A stretch of 36,012 nt of DNA from Prasinococcaceae sp. CCMP 1430 (taxonomy: Eukaryota; Plantae; Prasinodermophyta): assembly GCA_013416795.1 (NCBI GenBank), contig RQSC01000678.1, positions 1 to 36,012 of the forward strand. Reading direction: 5' to 3'. How positions within the stretch are numbered: position 1 is the first letter of the stretch; every line of letters starts with the position of its first letter. Below the pieces are notes generated by a model that was not told the DNA's origin, ran no database searches, and saw only the letters and a program-made list of their open reading frames with translations. Positions 29,772-36,012 of the stretch are shown here, one piece after another. The position numbers and the translations under genes are program-made.

Positions 29772-29952
29772 CGTTGGGCTTGAGCACGACAAAGTACGCG
29801 ACGGCGGCGGCGAGCAGCGCCAGCTGCGTGGGATCGGCGACGAGGGCGATCGCGGCGTTGGCGATCGCATCCGCGTCGACGTCGACGCCCGCGGCGTTGG
29901 CGGCGGCGGTGACGCCGCTCGCGGCGAAGGCGGCGGCCAGGGGAGGGGGCAT
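29772..29952 (-). CDS. Probable first exon of a membrane protein (Ala-rich N-terminus + one hydrophobic helix); rest of gene unresolved
   Basis: ATG 29952: MPPPLAAAFAASGVTAAANAAGVDVDADAIANAAIALVADPTQLALLAAAVAYFVVLKPN, with strongly C/G-ending codons. It ends at a GTACGG donor (29771), followed by a microsatellite and a gap. Confidence 0.5.
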
Positions 29953-30194
29953 CGCGCCTGGCGGAAGTGCAGGGCCGCGCCCAGGGGGGCAGGATCGATG
30001 CCCGCCCCCTTTCGTCCCCCGACGGTGCGGAGAGGAGGGGGGGGGGATTGGGTTGTCCCCCGGGCGCGCCGGCGGCGCGCTGCCGTGTGGCAGAGGAGGG
30101 GGGCTGGGCGAAGGCGTGCGTGCTGGCCGCAGGCGCACCGGCGCGCGGCAATGTCCGTGGCAGCGCGATCCGCCGCTGAGCACCGATGTGACAG

Positions 30195-30224
30195 TTGTAA
30201 ACAGCTTTTTTGGACGGAGAGCAA
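30195..30224 (+). promoter_or_regulatory. AT-rich TATA-like box at about -30 (TTGTAAAC) and CAA just before +1 of the tRNA
   Basis: Positions resemble the upstream TATA-like and CAA elements known from plant tRNA genes. The region is unusually AT-rich for this window. Confidence 0.4.
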
Positions 30225-30359
30225 GCGGAGTTAGCTCAGTAGGTAGAGCGCAGGTCTCATACATCAAAACCGATCGTGCCATCCTGGAGGCGAAGCTATG
30301 CTCGCGCGCACTCCGAGTGCGTTGGATACAGGTCGGCGGTTCGATCCCGTCATTCCGCA
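30225..30359 (+). tRNA. Elongator tRNA-Met(CAT) with two introns: 30262-30280 (37/38) and 30287-30329 (43/44)
   Basis: Acceptor stem GCGGAGT/ATTCCGC+A73, D-arm GCTC-AGTAGGTA-GAGC, anticodon arm CAGGT-CTCATA|A-TCCTG with the U31:U39 apposition typical of eukaryotic elongator Met, variable region AGGTC, T-arm GGCGG-TTCGATC-CCGTC. Removing both inserts gives a 73-nt cloverleaf. Confidence 0.88.
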
Positions 30360-30362
30360 TAA

Positions 30363-30368
30363 TTTTTT
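30363..30368 (+). terminator. RNA polymerase III terminator (T6) of the tRNA-Met gene
   Basis: TTTTTT begins four nt after discriminator A73. Confidence 0.8.
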
Positions 30369-31324
30369 GCGCGGATGCGCGCGCGCCCTTTTTTTCCGCG
30401 CGCGCGCATTTTTTTTAATATCGTCAACCACTGCACTCCGTCATAGCACGGAGGAGACTTTGTCGTATTCGTTCGTAGGCCTACTCACCAATGGCACCCT
30501 CAACGGCGGCGCGGCTGATCCATGCGCCATCCGCGCCATCTACCACGTCGGCGGCGACCCCCCCTCCCTTCGCACCCTTCGCAAAACTGCGACAGCGAAC
30601 GCCCTGACCGCGAACCAACGTGACGCGTTCATACTAGTGTCCAAGGTAAAGAATTGTGCTTGGGACAATCGAGCTCATGGGTCGAGGCCTACATTATGCG
30701 CCGGTGGGCTGCGGAGGTGCTGGGCGTAGTCGACGACCATGCGGCGCGCGATGATCGATCATCCACGCCATCTATCTCGTCGGCGGCGACACTCCCCTTC
30801 CGGCTCGCGCGCGGAAACGAGGATCCTCGGATGCTGGCCTACGTACTCGCTGGCGTCCGTTTACGAGGCCGTCAATGCCAAGCTTCGGTTTGTCCGAGAC
30901 AACGCGATTGATCCAAGCAAATATCTCCCTCCCGAAGGTCACGGATATGCCGCATCCCGGACCGCGAGGAGCCTTCGCGACCCGCGCCGCGCGTGCATTC
31001 CAAACAACGTACACAATAAACCCTACTCATATGACCCTATTCGGTGCAATTCCGACCGCCACCACCCCTAACTCCGGAACGGTTCCCAGTACAAAACGAA
31101 AGCACCCCCTCATCAAATAGACCTACCCAAGCTTCTTCGAGGCGCATGCATGGTGCTATGCGGCACAGTCCGACACACACACACAAGGAAACGGATCGCG
31201 CGTCGTCGTCCCGGTGCGCCACACGGCGCCTCCCCTGCTGCGTGCCCCCCCCCCCTTCCCCTTCCCCTAGGTTGCGGCGCCTCGCAGCCCCCCCCCCCCC
31301 TTCCGCCCCCCCGCCGCGACGACG

Positions 31325-32387
31325 ATGGCTGCGGCGGCCACGGCGGCGGCCGCGCGNNNNNNNNNNNNNNNNNNNNNNNNNNNNNNNNNNNNNNNNNNNN
31401 NNNNNNNNNNNNNNNNNNNNNNNNNNNNNNNNNNNNNNNNNNNNNNNNNNNNNNNNNNNNNNNNNNNNNNNNNNNNNNNNNNNNNNNNNNNNNNNNNNNN
31501 NNNNNNNNNNNNNNNNNNNNNNNNNNNNNNNNNNNNNNNNNNNNNNNNNNNNNNNNNNNNNNNNNNNNNNNNNNNNNNNNNNNNNNNNNNNNNNNNNNNN
31601 NNNNNNNNNNNNNNNNNNNNNNNNNNNNNNNNNNNNNNNNNNNNNNNNNNNNNNNNNNNNNNNNNNNNNNNNNNNNNNNNNNNNNNNNNNNNNNNNNNNN
31701 NNNNNNNNNNNNNNNNNNNNNNNNNNNNNNNNNNNNNNNNNNNNNNNNNNNNNNNNNNNNNNNNNNNNNNNNNNNNNNNNNNNNNNNNNNNNNNNNNNNN
31801 NNNNNNNNNNNNNNNNNNNNNNNNNNNNNNNNNNNNNNNNNNNNNNNNNNNNNNNNNNNNNNNNNNNNNNNCCCCCCCCCCCCCCCTTCCCCCCCCCCCT
31901 TTTCACGCCAGCACAACGCTTCGCCTCCGCCTCGCGCGCCCGCCCGCCCCAGCGAGCGAGGCCGCCCGGACCGGACTGACCCCGTCGTCGCGCCCACCCC
32001 CCTCGCCCCGCCAACCGCACCGTCCGCACAAAAACACACCCACACCCACACGACCGACAACAACAACACCAAAAAAAAAAAAAAAACTTAGCGCGTTCGG
32101 CGAGTCGCTGCGCGCCCTGGTGCGCGTGGGCGAGCTCGAGCGCGAGCTCGAGGGCGCCACCGAGGACATGGAGCTCATGGCCAGGCTCCTCGACGAGCTC
32201 GCCGACGCGCAGCGCGTGTCGGAGGCGGCGGCGTTCTCGTCGCTGGAGGAGATGGAGGCGCGCGTGCAGCGCATGATGCCCGAGCTGGGCTTCGCGCCCG
32301 CGGACGCCGACCGCCGCGTGCGCGAGTTCTCCGGCGGCTGGCAGATGCGCATGTCGCTCGGCAAGATCCTGCTGCAGGACCCCGACC

Positions 32388-32426
<39 letters not shown>

Positions 32427-33646
32427 ACGCGCTGGAGTGGCTGGAGGGCTACCTCAAGGAGCAGAAGATGCCCATGGTCATCGTGTCGCACGACCGCGAG
32501 TTCCTCGACCAGCTGTGCACCAAGGTCGTCGAGACCGAGCGCGGCGTGGCCACGACCTTCGGCGGCAACTACACGCGCTACGTCGAGCAGAAGGCGCAGC
32601 AGGTCGCCGAGCAGCGCCTGGCCTTCGACCGCCAGCAGAAGGCCATCGCCGAGAAGCGCTCGCTCATCCAGCGCCTGCAGGGCGGCGCGCAGGCGGGGCG
32701 CGCCACGCAGGCGCAGAAGGAGCTCGACCGCATGCTCAACGAGGACCGCGTCGAGAAGCCCTTCGAGGCCCGCAAAATCCCCTTCTTCTTCCCGGAGAAG
32801 GACTACCGCGGCACGGAGCTGCGCTCGGGCGTCGAGGTGGTCACCGCGCAGGGCGTGGCGCACGCCTACGGCAGCCGCACGCTCTTCCAGGACGTCGACC
32901 TGCGCGTCGAGCGCGGCGACCGCGTGGCGCTGGTGGGCCCCAACGGCGCGGGCAAGAGCACGCTGCTCAAGATGATGACCGGCGAGCTCGCCCCCGACGA
33001 GGGCGAGGTGCGCATGGGGCCGCACGGCGTGCTGCTCAACTACTTCCAGCAGAACCAGGCGGAGGCGCTCGACGGCGAGAAGACGGCGCTGCGCACCATC
33101 GAGGAGGTCACCATGGACTGGAAGACCGGCGACATCAAGGGGCTGCTGGGGCGCTTCCGCTTCAAGGGCGAGGACGTCACCAAGCAGGTCAAGTGGCTGT
33201 CGGGCGGCGAGAAGGCGCGCCTGGCGATGGCCAAGTTCATGGTGACGCCCGCCACGCTCATCGTGCTGGACGAGCCCACCAACCACCTGGACATCGCCAC
33301 CAAGGAGCTCATGGAGGAGGCGCTGCGCGCCTTCCCCTTCACGGTGGTCATGGCGTCGCACGACCGCTACTTCCTCAAGCGCGTGGCCACGCGCATCGTC
33401 GAGGTGAAGGACCGCGGGCTGGTGGACTACGAGGGCGGCTACGACGACTACGTGGGCGGCAACGAGGAGCGCGCCGCCAAGGAGGCCAGGCGCGACGCGA
33501 CCGTCAGGGAGAAGGGCGCCAAGGTCAAGGCCAAGAGCAAGATGACCAAGGCGGAGAAGGCGGCGCTCAAGAAGGAGAAGGCCAAGGCCTTCGCCGGCGG
33601 CGGCAAGAAGAAGGGCGGCAGCAAGAACGCCAAGCGCTGGAACTGA
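31325..33646 (+). CDS. ABC-F family soluble translation ATPase, plastid type (Arabidopsis ABCF2/ABCF5-like, EttA/Uup-related); N-terminal part lost in gap 31357-31871
   Basis: [32 protein letters not shown], second Walker A GPNGAGKST, LSGGEKARLAMAK...DEPTNHLD and a basic tail ending KNAKRWN. The large exon probably starts at 32092 after TTAG. Candidate ATG at 31325. Confidence 0.92.
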
Positions 33647-33775
33647 GGCGCGCCGCCGCCGCCGGGGGGCCGCGAGGAAGGGCGGATGTACAGTACCATA
33701 ACACACACGCGGGCGCGGGCGCCAGAAAAAAATACACCAGCCCCGCCACCACCATCATTCATCATTCATCATTCA

Positions 33776-34740
33776 TCAGAACGTGGGCACGCCGCCCGTG
33801 GCGTCCGCCACCACCGCGAAGCTCTCCGCGCACGCGCGCAGCCGCGCGCGCCGCCCGGCGTCCGCCTGCCAGTCCTCCTCGGCCGCCTGCGCGTTGAGCG
33901 TCAGCAGGCGCCCGCCGGCGACGCACAGCACCGCCACGTTGTGGCGGTAGAAGGCGCGGCCGCGCACGGTGTACTCCATCTCGAAGAGGCTGCGCCCGGC
34001 GGCGTCGACGCGCTCGCGCGCGCCGAGGAGCTCGGCGACCTTGCCGCTGCCCTCGGGCGCGATGGTCGTGCGCAGCAGGTACTCGGCCTCGCGCTCGGCG
34101 GGCGGCGCGGCCGAGTTGTCCGCGGCGACGAGCTGCCGCATGGAGGTGAAGCCCGGCGTGGCGGGGGTGACGATGACGCTGACGTTCTCCTCGCCCGCCG
34201 TGCCCACGGGGCCGAAGGCGACCACGGGCTCCGCCGAGGCGCGCCGCGCCCGCTCGCGCGCGGCCGCCTCGGCGAGGCTCGGCGGGTCGAGCGAGCGCCC
34301 GCGCTCGAGCTCGGCGCGCGCGGCCGCGCGCCGCGCGAGCGTCTGGTCGGCCGCCCAGTCGCGCGGGTACACGAACTCGAAGCCCTGCGGTGGCGGGTGG
34401 TGGTTGCGGTGGTTGTGGTGGGATGGGGATGGGGATGGGGGGAAGGGGGCGAGCGCACGCAACAGAGCGTGAGCGCCGGCACCCACCCGGCGGCAGCATC
34501 ATCAGAACATCAGCAGCATCATCACAACCATCACAAGCCCACACGACCGCCGGACGCGGCAGCTCGCGGCGCACCTGGTCGGGCCGGTAGCACCGCGTGA
34601 AGCCCCCCACGGGGAAGAGCACGTCGAGCCGCGCCGCGCGCGCGCCGGCGGGCGCCGCGGCGGAGAGCAGCGCGCTCGTGCAGCCGCCGAAGTTGCCGCC
34701 CAGCGCGATCGCCAAGGCGGCCAGCGCGCCGTTGACCAGC
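33776..34740 (-). CDS. PPD7: PsbP-domain protein 7 (thylakoid lumen); exons (gap)34740-34575 and 34384-33776; 5' end in gap 34741-35149
   Basis: ALGGNFGGCTSALL...LDVLFPVGGFTRCYRPDQ|GFEFVYPRDWAADQTL...EPVVAFGPVGTAGEENVSVIV...RHNVAVLCVAGGRLLTLNAQ. Phase-0 GT(34574)..AG(34385) intron. Confidence 0.88.
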
Positions 34741-35335
34741 NNNNNNNNNNNNNNNNNNNNNNNNNNNNNNNNNNNNNNNNNNNNNNNNNNNNNNNNNNNN
34801 NNNNNNNNNNNNNNNNNNNNNNNNNNNNNNNNNNNNNNNNNNNNNNNNNNNNNNNNNNNNNNNNNNNNNNNNNNNNNNNNNNNNNNNNNNNNNNNNNNNN
34901 NNNNNNNNNNNNNNNNNNNNNNNNNNNNNNNNNNNNNNNNNNNNNNNNNNNNNNNNNNNNNNNNNNNNNNNNNNNNNNNNNNNNNNNNNNNNNNNNNNNN
35001 NNNNNNNNNNNNNNNNNNNNNNNNNNNNNNNNNNNNNNNNNNNNNNNNNNNNNNNNNNNNNNNNNNNNNNNNNNNNNNNNNNNNNNNNNNNNNNNNNNNN
35101 NNNNNNNNNNNNNNNNNNNNNNNNNNNNNNNNNNNNNNNNNNNNNNNNNGCTCGCTCGCCGCGCGGCGGCGCGGCGCGCGCGGCGCGTACGAAGAGGGAC
35201 AGTAGTGTTACACGCCCCGCGGCCTCGGTCGCGACGACGCAGGGGCTCACTCGCCTCGGGCCGCCAGAGGCCTCGCCGAACCGCCGCGTCGTCGCATCGT
35301 CGCGCGCCCGCCCGCCGCGTCGCCGCCCGGCGCGG

Positions 35336-35954
35336 TCACTTGCGCAGCCCGATGGCCATGTGGGGGGCGTCGAAGCTCCGCGCGCACGGCCCGCCCGCGC
35401 GCCGCCCGACCTGCCAGTCCTCGGGCACGCTCTTGCGCGCGGCGCTCGTCGCGAAGTCCGCCTCGCGCGCCGTCTTGCCGAGCGTCGCCTCGGCGGTCGT
35501 GCCGTACGTGTTGGTGCCGCGCTCGCCCGCCCACTCGGCGCGCTTCGCCTCCAGCAGCGACGTCTTGGGCGCGCCCGCGCCGCGGCCGACGTTGGAGTCG
35601 TTGGCCTTGCTGCCCGTCCACAGGTGCTCCTGCACCTTGGGCCTGCCCAGCGCGGGGTCGTCGTAGGTGAGCTCGTTCAGCGTGGCGCCGAAGAGCGTCT
35701 GCCCCGCCTCGACGTCCCCGCCGTGCGAGAAGATGTGCCTCTTGGCGAGCCCCGCGTAGCTCACGATGCGCGAGGCCTCGGCGTTCGCATCGACGGGCGG
35801 CTCCCCGGAGCGGTCGACGGCCGACGCCGTGTGCGCGGCGCGCGTCGTGGAGACGGCGTCGAAGGACGTGCCCTTCTCGGCGCCCCACGGGTGGTGCGCC
35901 GTGTCGTGCACGGCCCAGTGGTCCTCCACCCAGTTGTCGATGGACACGCCCAGC
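35336..35954 (-). CDS. Last exon of a probable flagellar microtubule inner protein with NWE motif (CFAP68/95/107/FAP143-like class); 5' exon beyond window
   Basis: CAG acceptor at 35955 with an upstream GCTGAC branch-like site. The exon begins LGVSIDNWVED (GxxIxNWxE motif). Strong GC3 bias. TGA at 35338-35336. Confidence 0.55.
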
Positions 35955-36012
35955 CTGCGGCGACGGGCGGCGCGCCGCGCGTCAGCGGGGGATGCGCGGG
36001 CGCGCGGCCGCG

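Noticed and set aside
29392-30194. MITE or Pack-MULE bounded by the 14-bp inverted repeats
   Set aside because: There is no target-site duplication (flanks AAAATATG vs TTGTAAAC) and no extended TIR. Kept only as a possible regulatory motif.
30287-30334. Reading the tRNA insert as a long variable arm (class II or tRNA-Sec)
   Set aside because: 48 nt is far longer than a normal variable arm, the anticodon is CAT (class I Met), the acceptor stem is a standard 7 bp, and BHB geometry explains the insert exactly.
30225-30359. Initiator tRNA-Met identity
   Set aside because: It has G1:C72, T54 and lacks the three consecutive G:C anticodon-stem pairs; the eukaryotic initiator has A1:U72 and A54.
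31872-31899. Poly-C, poly-A and poly-G runs flanking gaps
   Set aside because: These are low-complexity gap edges typical of short-read dropout and support no specific function.

Overview
Gene-dense, very GC-rich nuclear DNA from a green-lineage eukaryote, probably a prasinophyte-grade alga; the species cannot be fixed from this window. The green-lineage evidence is a PsbP-domain PPD7 gene, a plastid-type ABC-F gene, a plant-type elongator tRNA-Met, a CCCTAAA telo-box and GT-AG introns. I can support about 17 protein-coding loci: TAPT1/Emp65-like, NME7, a RIIa/Dpy-30 plus EF-hand protein, a large EF-hand protein, a conserved plant WD40-like protein, a multi-TM class-3 lipase, TMEM41-like, MIC60, a SET-like protein, an R2R3 MYB, a Rieske protein, a highly repetitive WD40 protein, an orphan TM exon, ABC-F, PPD7 and an NWE-motif flagellar protein. 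Four N-gaps hide parts of several genes. The most striking element is a tRNA-Met(CAT) gene at 30225-30359 split by two inserts: a canonical 37/38 intron and a 43-nt insert at position 43/44. The second insert is bounded by an archaeal-style bulge-helix-bulge whose outer helix is supplied by the first intron, which predicts ordered splicing. Other leads are a Rieske [2Fe-2S] protein with an NLS and a canonical C-terminal PIP box, NLR-sensor-like WD40 repeats with hypervariable surface residues, and a SAND-like plus pseudo-SET protein. All calls are by eye from motifs; no database searches were run.
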